This document shows positions 51,180 through 63,345 of a DNA stretch of 64,000 nt, one piece after another. The notes under the pieces were generated by a model. The model was given only the letters and a program-made list of their open reading frames with translations. It did not search any database and was not told where the DNA came from. Origin of the DNA: Octopus sinensis (taxonomy: Eukaryota); assembly GCF_006345805.1 (NCBI RefSeq), contig NC_043003.1, positions 12,276,001-12,340,000 of the forward strand. Reading direction: 5' to 3'. Numbering within the stretch: the first letter of the stretch is position 1; each line of letters begins with the position of its first letter. Position numbers and translations under genes: made by a program.

Positions 51180-51530
51180 ATGCAGATACATACAGCATCC
51201 TCATCTTTATCTAATGTCCCTGTTCCATACTGGCATGTGTAGGATGGTTTGACAGGATTTGATAGGTCCAAGGTCTGCATTGTGCTCCACTCTCTGCTTT
51301 GGCACTATTTCTATGACCGGATGCCCTTCCTAACGGCAACCACTTTGCATCATGTATTGGGTGCTTTTTTGTGTTACCACTACTAGTGAGGTCACAATGC
51401 AGCTTGGAAAATCATGAAACCCAATGGACGGGGCGGCTTTATACTAGGAGACAAGGGTTAAGGTACAAGTGGAGGTGAGGCAGAGCAGGTTGTTTTTGTA
51501 GAGAAGCTACATAGCTATTCACATTTATAC
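51180..51530 (-). mobile_element. old RTE-type 3' UTR fragment
   Basis: CCGGATGCCCTTCCTAAC motif; similar to about 12760-13100. Confidence 0.55.
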
Positions 51531-51999
51531 AAATATACACACTTACACATACTCACATGTGTGCAGCAGATAGACACTCATGGATCTAGGAAGAATAGTT
51601 TTCATTCATAAAGTCATAGTCTAAGCTACCTGTTAAGCCAATGTGTGTCAGTGTTTAAATATCTTGTTTAGATGAACTAAAATTGTACTGCCTAAGTTCA
51701 TGAGTACCTATCTGCTGTGTGTGTGTGTGTATGTGTGCATGTGTGGGTGTGCATGTATATATGCATACATACACATCTTGTGCAGTCTTATACTCATGAG
51801 TTTGTTATTACAAATATTGTGTTGTTGTGCAACATATGTCTACTTGACCTTTTGCATAGTCATCTGAAAATATAGGATCAATCTACTGATCCCAAAAAGG
51901 CAAATGTAAGTCGACTGATATATTTATTTTGATCAACATGCCCTTTGCATTATTATTGATAGGGGAGAATTCCTAATTTTTTTGAATTTCAAAAAATAT

Positions 52000-52345
52000 G
52001 CAATCATCATCATCTTCATCATCATCATCATCATCATTATCATTTAATGTTTGTTTTCCATGCTGGTATGGGTTAGACAGGTTGACAGGAGTTGGTAAGC
52101 TTGAAGGCTGTACCAGGTTCCAGTTGTCTGTTTTGGCATGGTTTTTATTGCTGGATGCCCTTCTTAATACCAGCCCCTCTACAGAGTGTACTGGGTGCAT
52201 TTTATGTGACACCAGCACAGATGCTTTTTATGTGACATCAGCAGGGGTGCTTTTTATGTGGTGTCAACACAGGTGCTTTTCAAGTGGCATCAGCACAGCT
52301 ACTTTTCATGTGGCACCAGCACAGCTGCTTTTTTATGTGGCACTT
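52000..52345 (-). mobile_element. RTE-type 3' UTR with (GAT)n tail and a 26-bp tandem array
   Basis: (CAT)n at about 52003-52043; CTGGATGCCCTTCTTAA; six units at 52195-52343. Confidence 0.7.
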
Positions 52346-53369
52346 GGGATATTTAGCTGTTACATTCAACAGTGAGAGTTACTATAACGAAGGTCCTTCA
52401 AACTGTTAGTCACTGTATTCTACACCTAGACAAGGTGCATTACTTTGCTTGGCTTACATATACTACATATCAGCTGCTTGTTTATTAGATACAGAGTAGA
52501 AAACAAATCCAATCAAAAAAGAATTTACAAGTATCAGAACTTGTAATTGAATAAGAATCAATCTCTCTCATGTTATTTGGTGTAATAGCTTTAATACAAT
52601 GAACGAAAATGATCTACGTGTTAATCCAGTTTATATAATTTTTCAATACTCAAGGAAAATACAAGCACCTAGAATGTGGTTCCAATGAAAGATCTCTGAA
52701 GTAATATTACTTGATAGGATGTGTAGTTTTGAGATCAGGGGGTCTTTCTAGGTTAAGCTGCTACTTCTTGGTATTGAGAGGTCATGATTCCGGTACTTCA
52801 GATATGTAATAAAAAAAAAAAAAGGGGCAAAAAAAAAATGCATGTGTAACATTTAACATAATAAATATATTTTATGTATTTGTCAGTAGCATTGAATAAA
52901 TATATAAATAAAATATATATTTGCCCTTACAATGACTGCTATAAGCATGCTTTTATATGAAAAGCCATAAATACATAACATTTTATTTATAATAGCCTCA
53001 AGTCCAGTCTTGTAAAGAAGAGAAAATTTTATTGTATGTGCTCTATTCATTGTATTGTGGATGTGTGCAACATTACATACTTTGTGCTCATTAAAAACTT
53101 TTAATTTAATAAAGTATGATAGTGATTGGGAAATAAGTATTGATGCTTAATGCATGAGACATTTAAAAGCTAACTATAAATATACATGCTGCAATTGACT
53201 CTATTATTAATATTTTATTAAGTCTGACAAGCTAAAAATATGTTAGTTTACTTGATTTTTAGTTTTTGAATTCTTTGTAATAAAAGCTGAATATATTTGT
53301 GTTGGATTTAAGATGAGAATATGTATCACGAAAACCAAAAGTTTATTTTACATGTAAAATATTAATATG

Positions 53370-53990
53370 GTGTAGGAGTGGCTGTGTGGTAAGTAGCTTG
53401 CTTACGAACCACATGGTTCAGGGTTCAGTCCCACTGCATGGCACCTTGGGCATATGTCTTCTACTATAGCCTCGAGCCGACCAAAGCCTTGTGAGTGAAT
53501 TTGGTAGACGGAAACTGAAAGAAGCCCATCGTGTATATATATATACATTCAAAATGTGACCGCGTGTGTACCGTTGGCAATTTTTTTTCCTCCGTCTTCC
53601 ATTCTCTGGATCTTTCCTTTTCCTATGTTTCTGACGAAGAGCTCCACTCGAAACGTAAAACCCTCCTTCTTCCCTTCCTTCCTGAGTGTCCAATAATACT
53701 ATATTTGTTCCACGTCCTCGCGTTGTTTTTCATGTTTGGATTAACTATATATATATATATATATATGTACGTATGTGTGTGTATTTGTTTGTGTGTCTGT
53801 TTGTCCCCCCAACATCGCCTGACAACCGATGGTGGTGTGTTTACATTCCCGTAACTTAGCAGTTCGGCAAAAGAGACTGATAGAATAAGTACTAGGCTTA
53901 CAAAAAATAAGTCCTGGGATCGATTTTCTCGACTAAAGGTGGTGCTCCAGCATGGCCACAGTCAAATGACTGAAACAAGTAAAAGAGTAA
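53370..53990 (+). mobile_element. family A SINE with a nested hammerhead-bearing insert
   Basis: Head at 53370-53530, tail at 53770-53990; insert within the TA tract. Confidence 0.85.
53621..53700 (+). ncRNA. hammerhead-ribozyme-like motif in a putative Penelope-like terminal repeat
   Basis: CTGACGA 53631-53637, stem II GAG/CTC, GAAAC 53650-53654, stem III CGT/GTG, GTC triplet 53688-53690. Confidence 0.5.
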
Positions 53991-56159
53991 TGGAGTACAA
54001 TATTAATATGTATGGATGAAATAAAACATGAATGCATGTACATGAAACAGTACTGCAGTAATGATGCAAATAGGATAGGATGCAAATAAAGAAAAAAGAA
54101 AATAGGTTAGTCATTATTTTTAAAATAAGGCTTATAACAGGCTTCATATGTGCAATGTATCTATGAGTCAAACTATGGAAATATTGCTTCTCCCATGAAG
54201 ACATGCTCACCTTGAATTCATAATTATTATACAACATAATGTAAGGGGTTTCCCATTCTAAATATAACCTTAGCTAAGTTACAGGGCTGAGTTTATTACA
54301 ATAGCATGTTTCTTTACTTCATAATCTTTCAGTGTTTCTTTAGTATGTTATACATGTGAAATATATGTACCTGTATAGTTTGGCATTAATGTAAGTGTAG
54401 ATTTTTATCATTAAGGTATTATTATAACTTGCGCAGGCAGAGCTATTATTGGGGAGGTGGGTGTAATAACAATTGATAAACAATAGGGATATACTTGTGG
54501 AATTTTGTAATTAACAGTTTTGATTTTTTAAAAATTATTTTGTTTAATTTTTAGTTGTTTAAGTGGAAAATAAAGCTGAAATTATTCGCGGTTCTGTAAA
54601 TAACTAGAATTGAGAAATGAAAGAGTGTGAAAAGGTAGCTTTCAGGAACCTGATATTACCATATGTCTGCATGTAAGATTTCTTATTTTAAGCTTAGGAT
54701 TTCACCTGCCTTCTTCACTGAAGGCTGTTCACTACAAGCTGGTTGGAGAGTCAGAAATAACTTACATGGATTTGGTGGGACTACCACTACTTTTCTATAA
54801 GTTAGCAGAATTTTTGTTGTTGTTGTTTCTGCTACTGTCATTTTATCATTTCCTACGTAGTAAGAATGATAGTTACTACAATACTGTACTCATTTCTACC
54901 TACATATTCTCAATGCAAAACATGTATATACTAAAATGATAAAGTAAGCATTTCACTAAATGACATAAAATTAAGGTTAATAGCAAAGTTTAGTTTTAAC
55001 TTGAGAAAGAAAATAATTAGTGGCTGCAGCTGCTGGTACTCGTTAGAGATGATGGCATATAACATGCATGGAGAAATCCGTTTGACTGTTACCATGGAAG
55101 CATCAACACCAGCCGAAGTGGTAAGTGAAAATGAAATCCAAGATAACCATGCAGCCCTTCTAAGGGAACAGCAATCATTAAATGAAAGGGTGACCCTTTT
55201 TTTTATATCAATATTCATTGTGAGGATATTTAGATTAAATTTATTAATTAAAACAAAGGTTTACAATAGCTTGAGCTAAATTGCATATTTCATTGGATCT
55301 TAGAGCTAATTAAAGGTGGTCACTGTGTAGAAATATTTCTTTCTGACTTTTATGCTTACACAAGGAATAATTCTTTTAAATTCTGTCTATTTTCACATGT
55401 GCATTTAATATGTAAAAACCTAGTTTTTTGAATTATCTTAATAATAAATTAAGAAGTAAATTAAAATATTAACTATTTTATTAAAATGTCAGTATCAGAT
55501 AAAAAATGGGGGTTTTGAAAGTATTGCAGTATGTTGTGATCTGACCCGGCTAAAATACATGGAATATAAATAAATGTATTTTTTCATAACTGTGTTTACT
55601 TAACAACTATTAATCTTTTCCCCTACTTCCCAAAAAGTTTGTTAAACAATTACTCCATGGAATTCAAATATTGACTAGAATTACAAGACCAGTTTATACA
55701 ATATGTATATTTATGTTATATATACATACATATATATATATGTGTGTGTGTGTGTGTAATATCTTTTAATCATATGATATAATTGTCATTTTCATGTGCT
55801 AATTATTGATAGCTAGTCAGAAGTTTCTATGTATAAATATGAGATGTCGGCCTGAATTGTCTTTAGTTTTATTTATCTTTATTTTGAAGATATTTTGTGT
55901 CATTTATTCTAGATTTTCTTGAAACAAAATAGCATATTTCAGTAAGAATTCATAACTTAATATGTTTCCCTGTATATCAAATACACCACATGTTTGTAGT
56001 AAAACATCTAGTTACACTTGTTTATTTGTTGCCGTCATTGATGTTATGCTTATTTGCATAAGCAATGGTAAATATTATTTTATATGCAGCCTCCACCCTA
56101 TTTTAATGACAGTTATTTCTTATATACATACATGTGTGTGTGTGTGTGTATATGTATAT

Positions 56160-56214
<55 letters not shown>

Positions 56215-56219
56215 CAGAG

Positions 56220-56545
56220 AGAAATACTTGCTTTGCAACCATATGGTTTGGGGGTTCTGTCTCAGGGTTTAGCACCTTAGACAAGTGTCGTCTATTATAG
56301 CCACGGGTGGAATTGTTTATTGGAAACTGTGTTTGGGCTTGTATATATTTATATGTGTGCATGTTTGTATTTTTGCTTCTACTCCAATCCTTTGACAACT
56401 AGAGTTGGTTTGTTTACATCCCTGTGGCTTAGTGGTTCAGCAAAAGAGATTGATAAAATAAGTATTGGAGTTGATTTGTTTGACTAAAGCCCTTCAAGGT
56501 GGCACCAAAGCATGACTGTAGTCCAGTGACTGGAATGAGTAAAAG
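56220..56545 (+). mobile_element. family A SINE, diverged
   Basis: Family homology. Confidence 0.65.
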
Positions 56546-56547
56546 AC

Positions 56548-56559
56548 TCTCTTTCTCTA

Positions 56560-56637
<78 letters not shown>
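56548..56637. repeat. (CT)n microsatellite
   Basis: Direct reading. Confidence 0.9.
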
Positions 56638-57047
56638 AACTTAAATAATGCTTTTATAATTAATTAGTCAATGCCAGAATTTGTATAATGATGAATGAAT
56701 GAATCTGCATTTTCTTTGTTATTTTCCGCCTGTTTTCTATGTTGGTATGTGTTAGATGGGTCGTCAGCAGTCTGTGTTAGTTCTTATTCAGAGTTACTGC
56801 CCTCCAGGTAGCTTGGCAGACCGTTTTTCACTTGTACATTTTAATTTTTTGGCTTCTTTATGTGGCAGGGCTACCCTCCCTAACACAAACCTCTTTACGA
56901 CATTTAATGGGTACATTTCATTATGGCACCAGCACTAGAGGGGTAGTCATATCTACAAGACTAAAGGTTCCTCTTGACCTGACTTTGCTGATCTTCTGAT
57001 TTGAAAAAATAATTCTAGAGTTGTATTTAGATATGGTTTATATTGTT

Positions 57048-57540
57048 TTATTTTATTTGTTTCATTCATTGGACTGTACCCATGTTGGGGCACTGCTTTA
57101 AATGGTTTTAGTCAAACAAGTCAATCCCAATGCTTATGTTTTCCTTTTTTAATCTGGTAATTATTCTAGTGGTCTCTTATCAAACTCTTAGGTTATAGGC
57201 CATAAACAAACTAACACAGGTTGTCGAGCTGTGGGAGTGAGTTGACAAACACAAAAACATACCTATTTTAGCCTTGGTGTGTGTGCGCGCACGCGTGTGC
57301 GTGCATGTGTGCATGTGTGTGTCTGTCTGTCTGTCTTTGTGTTTGTCCCACACCACTACTTCACAACCATTGTTGGTTTGTTTTTGCATCCTCATAACTT
57401 AGCAGTTTGGCAAAAAAGACTGATAGAATAAGTACCAAACTTAAAATAAGTACTGGATGTTGATTTATTTGACTAACTCACCTCAGTGCACTGCTTCAGC
57501 ATGGCTGCAGTCCAATGACTTAAACAAGTAAAAAATAAAA
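57048..57540. mobile_element. two headless family A 3' halves in divergent (inverted) orientation
   Basis: - tail at about 57048-57260 and + tail at about 57300-57540 around a TG/CG tract. Confidence 0.65.
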
Positions 57541-58379
57541 AGCTAATCTCAGAAAGCAATTGAAATTAGAGTCCATGTCTTTCTTAAATGATAAACTATA
57601 TTGGTAAAACAAACAGTTTACTAAGCTGTTTTTCCCCTTAAATTTCTATTTAGGTCATCTAAGGAACTTGGCTATGGTTTCAGATTAACTACAACATTAT
57701 ACGATAGAATCTAGATTATGCCTGCTCAGAATATCAAGTACACCGATGTATTGTACTCTTAATTCACTGCTTGTCTATTTGAGGTCTTGTTCCATTTCCT
57801 GTAGGTATCTGTAATACTGACTTCCTAACTACATACACTGCTTACAGCAAATTTTCTTTTGTTTTTGAATAGTTACCAACCTACCTAACATTATTTACCT
57901 GCAGGCCCTTTAACTCTCCCTATTATGTTTGTTTTTTCTCAAGTTTCAAGGTTTATCTCTCTCACCGTAAGAAATATTTATCTGCATATGTGTATTTTTC
58001 ATGATATTAAGTTTTAAATTACTTTAAAATTTCAAGTATTAGGAAGACAAGAACTGCCTTTTCCTCTAGCATACCAATCTGCTACCTAAATCTATCATTA
58101 TATTTGTTTCTTTTCCTAAACCTTTTGAGATGTAAAATACCCTCACAAACCTCAATCTTATACCCATGGGACAATTTTAAAGTCTCTAAGCAGGCTATTG
58201 AATGCAAGATACAGTTTCTTATTTCAAGGAAAGAATTTTCACCTGTAAGATGCTGTGTTAGAAATGCAACACCAGTGTTCCTACACCAAATTTCAACTGT
58301 ATGGGAGCCAATGAGGAAATCTCTTAGTGTTGCTTTGCCTGCTAGAAACTGTAGTCAAATCTCTCTCAAATCACACTCT

Positions 58380-58570
58380 CTAAGGAGAAGTATCTTGCTT
58401 CTCAACTTCGTGGTCTTGGGTTCAGTCCCATTGTGTGGCTTAGCAGTTTGACAAAAGAGATCAATGGAATTAAGTACCAGTCTTGAAATAAGTACTGAGG
58501 TGATTTGTTTGACTCACCTGACAAGGTTGTGCTCCAACATGGCCACAAATCAATGACTGAAACAAGAGTA
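58380..58570 (+). mobile_element. internally deleted family A SINE
   Basis: GGGTTCAGTCCC head joined to CTTAGCAGTTTG tail. Confidence 0.6.
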
Positions 58571-58709
58571 ATGAGTGATCCAGCATGGCCTCAACTGAAA
58601 CTAGTAAAAATAAATAAAACAGCAATAAAACTTCCTAAATTATATAAAATATGTATTTAGACTTAAAACTCTTTACTTAGTTAAACCAATAACTAACTGA
58701 TCCATATCT

Positions 58710-59060
58710 TTTTATCTTTTACTTGTTTCAGTCATTGGACTGTGGCCATACTGGTGCACTGCCTTGAAGGGGTTAGTTGAACAAATCCACACTCTGGTCA
58801 GTCTCTTGCCAAACTGCTAAGTCAACCTACTAAGTTGGTTGGAAAGTGGTGGTGAGGGACACAACATATACACTCGCACACACACACATATGCACGCACA
58901 CATATATAAATGATGAGCTTATTTCAGTTACCTTCTTTCATATCCACTCACAAGCCATTGCTTGACCTAGGTCATAGAAGACACTTACTCAAGGTACGGT
59001 GCAGTGGGATTGAACATAGGGCTTCATAATTTGAAAGTGAGCTTCTTAATTACACAACCT
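58710..59060 (-). mobile_element. family A SINE, diverged
   Basis: Family homology. Confidence 0.7.
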
Positions 59061-59428
59061 TTTGTTTTTTTTTTATACCAAATTAGGTATAATAAAAAGT
59101 TTGAACAATCAATATCCTTGTATCATAAACCGATTTGATCATATTCCACAAATATTGTGTTTGAGGTAGTTACAACCCATCTTTATTTGTAAAACCACAT
59201 CGAAAATACTATAAAGCATCACTGATTATTGTTATTCTTTAAGAATTTGAAGTAATAACACTTTACATTTTTGTGAGGAAGCATAGCCCTCTGTTGGGAT
59301 TACATTTTGTGTAATTGAATGAATCTAACATGTTGCACATTTAGTACTTGAGCAAAAACATTCAGTGTTTTTACATGAAACTTTCTGTCATTTGTTTACA
59401 TTTTGATCAGCTGATGAGCAGTAAACAA

Positions 59429-59621
59429 CATGTATTTGATGGCATATAAAACACACTTTTTCCCCAAAAAGATGTTTCAAAATATCAGCCTAGATCCTAT
59501 TTGTGAAGATGGGCTTCTCATAAGCTGATTTTGTCCGACACTCACTCCGGCAGGTTAATTTTAATCCAGACATTGGGGTTCGTCTAACATGCCTGTGTGT
59601 CTTTTATGCCAATAAATACAG
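59429..59621. mobile_element. Tc1/mariner-type MITE
   Basis: GTATTTGATGGCATA / TATGCCAATAAATACAG ends, as in 27071-27251. Confidence 0.6.
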
Positions 59622-59774
59622 TAGATATACTTGGCATATGTAGTATATACAAAACCCACATGCATCGTACACTACACTGCCCTCCTCTGACAAAACAGTA
59701 AGTCAAAAAACAAGAAACTGAGATAATTGCTAAAGAGGAAGTGATTATCCTAATTATTTTTCAACTACTTTATA

Positions 59775-60130
59775 GGTGCAGGAGTAGCTGTGTGGTAAGT
59801 AGTTTGCTTACCAACCACATGGTTCTGGGTTCAGTCCCACTGCATGGCACCTTGGGCAAGTGTCTTCTACTATAGCCTCGGGCCTTGTGAGTGGATTTAG
59901 TAGACGGAAACTCAAAGAAGCCCGTTGTATGTGTGTGTGTGACCCTCCAACATTTCTTGATAACTAATGCTGGTGTGTTTACGTCCCTGTAACCTAGCAG
60001 TTCGGCAAAAGAGACTGATAGAATAAGTACTAGGCTAACAAAGAATAAGTTCTGGGGTTGATTTGTTCGACTAAAGGTGGTGCAACAGCATGGCCGTAGT
60101 CAAATAACTGAAACAAGTAAAAGAATGAAA
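59775..60130 (+). mobile_element. family A SINE, full length
   Basis: Head, core, short (TG)n and tail. Confidence 0.9.
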
Positions 60131-60596
60131 GAATACTGTGTGTCATAGGTTACTTGAAAATTTCCCAAGATTACATCTCTAGTACATGGGGCTTGGTTCA
60201 AGGAATTCAAACATCCATTCTCTGACAAAACTCAGTAATTCGACTTACTGTGTTTTGTTGGAGGATGGCAGTACAGTCATTTCGTGATTGTTCACTGTTG
60301 TTGAAAATCTGATCTAAACAGTTCCCAAAATCATAGCTTTCAAATACTTTAAGTCTAACAACAGACACCATTCATTTATATAAGCATTGCCACTTACACT
60401 TGATACAGTTTAGGTAAACAAACTTTCAATAACCTTGCTTTTCCAGCCATGTTTTGGCTAAAAACTCAAGTAAACATCTGGTATTTCATCTCATGAGTTG
60501 AGCATATACGTTTGTATAATGCCTGGGTACTTTTCTGACAGATAACTCTGTAGAGCTAGCTACTGGACAATATAAACTTTGACCTCATTATAAACC

Positions 60597-60795
60597 TATT
60601 TCTTTACTGCCCACAAGGGGCTACACACAGAGGGGACAAACAAGAATAGACAAACGGATTAAGTCGATTATATCGACTCCAGTGCATAACTGGTACTTAT
60701 TTAATCGACCCCGAAAGGATGAAAGGCAAAGTTGACCTCGGCGGAATTTGAACTCAGAACATAGCGGCAGACGAAATACTACTAAGCATTTTGCC
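60597..60795 (-). mobile_element. 5'-truncated family B SINE
   Basis: 14-bp TSD CCTCATTATAAACC at 60583-60596 and 60796-60809. Confidence 0.9.
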
Positions 60796-60974
60796 CCTCA
60801 TTATAAACCACTTCAGAGCAGTCTATGTACAAGTAGAAAACCCTACTGGATTGTTCTAAGACAGATGATGCACTGAAAGAGTTAAGTATTATGCAAAGTT
60901 GAAACCATTTACGGCATTACAACTTTCATGGGTTTAAACTCAATTAAATACTGATCTTTTTCTTCTGTTATCAA

Positions 60975-61460
60975 TATTATTATTATTGAGTGAGAGAGCA
61001 GTGCATGCCATCAAAGTGACGGTAGGGTAATATATACAAAGCCCAGTATATCCATCATGACTACCTGTCTGATAAGGGTACACCAGGCACATGCATCACA
61101 ACCATATGCGCAACATGGTGATCTCATATCAAGATAAATAGTGCATGACCTTGAAAATGGGGCTCAGTTACAATTTTCTTCAGGTCGAGTAACACATCCC
61201 GCTCAAAAGGTCCCTGGATAAGGATTGTTTAAGGATGTTGAACAAAACATTCATGTTTCCAGAGGTGAATTATTCAAACCCCAAAGAATTCCTCTCAACA
61301 CATGGCTATGATGCTCCCCTACTACTTCTGCTCATGATCAGAAATGCACATATCATCAGTCACTAAGGGACATGCTCAACTGGTTATGGTCAAATGACTG
61401 ACAAGCAAATCTGTGGTATTGAGCAGAATATTTGCTATAGCCCATCTTTTATATCAAGAC
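60975..61460 (-). mobile_element. LINE-like 3' end with (AAT)n tail
   Basis: (TTA)n at about 60976-60987 followed by a GC-richer body; family not assigned. Confidence 0.5.
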
Positions 61461-62208
61461 AAAACAATGTACATGATAACACTAGTCAGCTTGTGACTAT
61501 AGTAGTTCAGTCTCTCTGTGTGACCCAAGGTACCACATAGTTGGACTGAACTCTCATAGGCCTATTTCTTTAAGTATGTCAGAAGTTTTCGATCATGTTT
61601 ATAATAAGAATTTGTTTAGTGTTATTGTCAAGAATTGAAAATTGACTTCAAATTGATTTTTTTAACATTCAAAAAGATTGCAAATGATTCTGACAGAATA
61701 AAAATCTCATGTAGTAGTAAAAACTTCTGAGATGTCTATCCTAGTAGTAAAGTTCAATGCATAGAGAATGCTTAACTTCAAACCTCATATTACCATACCA
61801 TAGCCAAGATAATGCATCCTATATTATATTATATCATATATTGTGGAATATAGTGTTATAGAAATATCCAGATAATTTGCATGGGAAATGCATATCTTTC
61901 GATTGAAGCATTTTTTTTATATGATCCTTTTTTGGATGAAGAGATTACTTATCAGTCCAGGCAAAAGAACAAAGTCTGAATAATGTTCTTTAATTTCCCC
62001 AGACACAGTTTTGCACACAAACAGAAAGGAAGTTTCAGTATTGGGTTGCAATTAAATATTACAAAATATTTTTTTGAATTATGCTAAACTAAATTTCAGG
62101 TGATACATCTTGAAGAATCTACAATCACAGAAAGCCATCATCATCGTCATAACTATCACTTCTGTCTTCATGTATGCTTGTTATGTACCACCTCCACAAA
62201 ATCCTCAA

Positions 62209-62635
62209 CTCTTTAGCATTTAAACTTACTATATCTGGCCCAAGTATTCTACCTGCTTAATATTCAAACTATCAAGATCTGGCCTCTTATACCTACCTTG
62301 TGATGTCATTCTAAAAATGTACCATCACATCATTGAAATCTGAAAGCTACAAGGTAATGCATGATGAATTCAAAGCATTACATTTAACAAAGTAATTTGA
62401 AGGCTAAAGGGTTAACCTTTTTGTTACCAACCCGGCTGAAACTGGCTCTGGCTCAGAGTACAAATGTCTTGTTTTCATAAGTTTTGAATTAAAATCTTCC
62501 ACCAAACCTTAGTCACAATTTATGTTCTTAACACTAGCTTAATGATAACTAAGTTATTTTACTAAATCCTTTTTTATATTTAAAATAATTGAGAGCAACA
62601 CAGAGCATCTCAAAATAAATACAGTAACGAAAGGG
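62209..62635. mobile_element. two different piggyBac-like MITEs back to back (type 2 62209-62411; type 1 62416-62635)
   Basis: TCAA 62205-62208, shared TTAA 62412-62415, TTAA 62636-62639. Confidence 0.8.
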
Positions 62636-63169
62636 TTAAACTATCATTTATAATCATGGTTTGCATATACACTTCATGCATTGAAAATATTGAAAGGGTG
62701 CAAATTCTCAGTGTCACACTAATGCCCATTTTCCTATCAGGCATACATGTTGAATGAGGGAATACATTCTATACTTATTCAATCTCTTTAGAATCTTCAT
62801 AGAATCATTTAACCTTTTTTCTATTATCACTCTGTCTTATTGTAAATTGTACCTATGAATTATGTACATTCAAGTTTATTTGTCAAATTTTTCCTTTGAT
62901 TTGTCCAACCTATACCAGCATGGAGAACAGACATTAAATGATAATGAATGATTTTTCATTTTTAATCAATAAAATATAATAGTGAATATAAAAGCAAATA
63001 TTTTATTATGAGCCATTTGGTCAATTTGATTTGACTTGCCTTTATAAAGATTATATTATTTTTCATTTTAGTTTGTCTGCATAGAGTTGCTTTAAAATTT
63101 AAATGGAAAAGAGGCTACAAGCTGTTAGTAACATTTTCATCACTTTTACTATGGTTATCTTCTCTTTTT

Positions 63170-63345
63170 TTCTTTACTCTTACCCTGCATGCGTAAGCTA
63201 AAGTAGGTTATTGTAATTACTCATCTTTGTCTGTCTGTGTGTTCACAAAATTACTGGAAAATGGCTGAACGAATTTTCACTAAATTTGGCAGTAATACTC
63301 ATTGGGTGAGTGGCTTGAAATGGTAAAAATTTGATTTGATTATCT
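63170..63345 (+). mobile_element. possible Helentron-associated (HINE/DINE-like) element 5' end
   Basis: TTACCCTGCATGCG..GTAGG subterminal IR, (TGTC)n, then ATGGCTGAACGAATTTTCACTAAATTTGG. Confidence 0.45.

Noticed and set aside
58087-58451. Long open frames on both strands
   Set aside because: No recognisable domain; the + ORF runs into a SINE; could not be joined in phase to other candidate exons with any confidence
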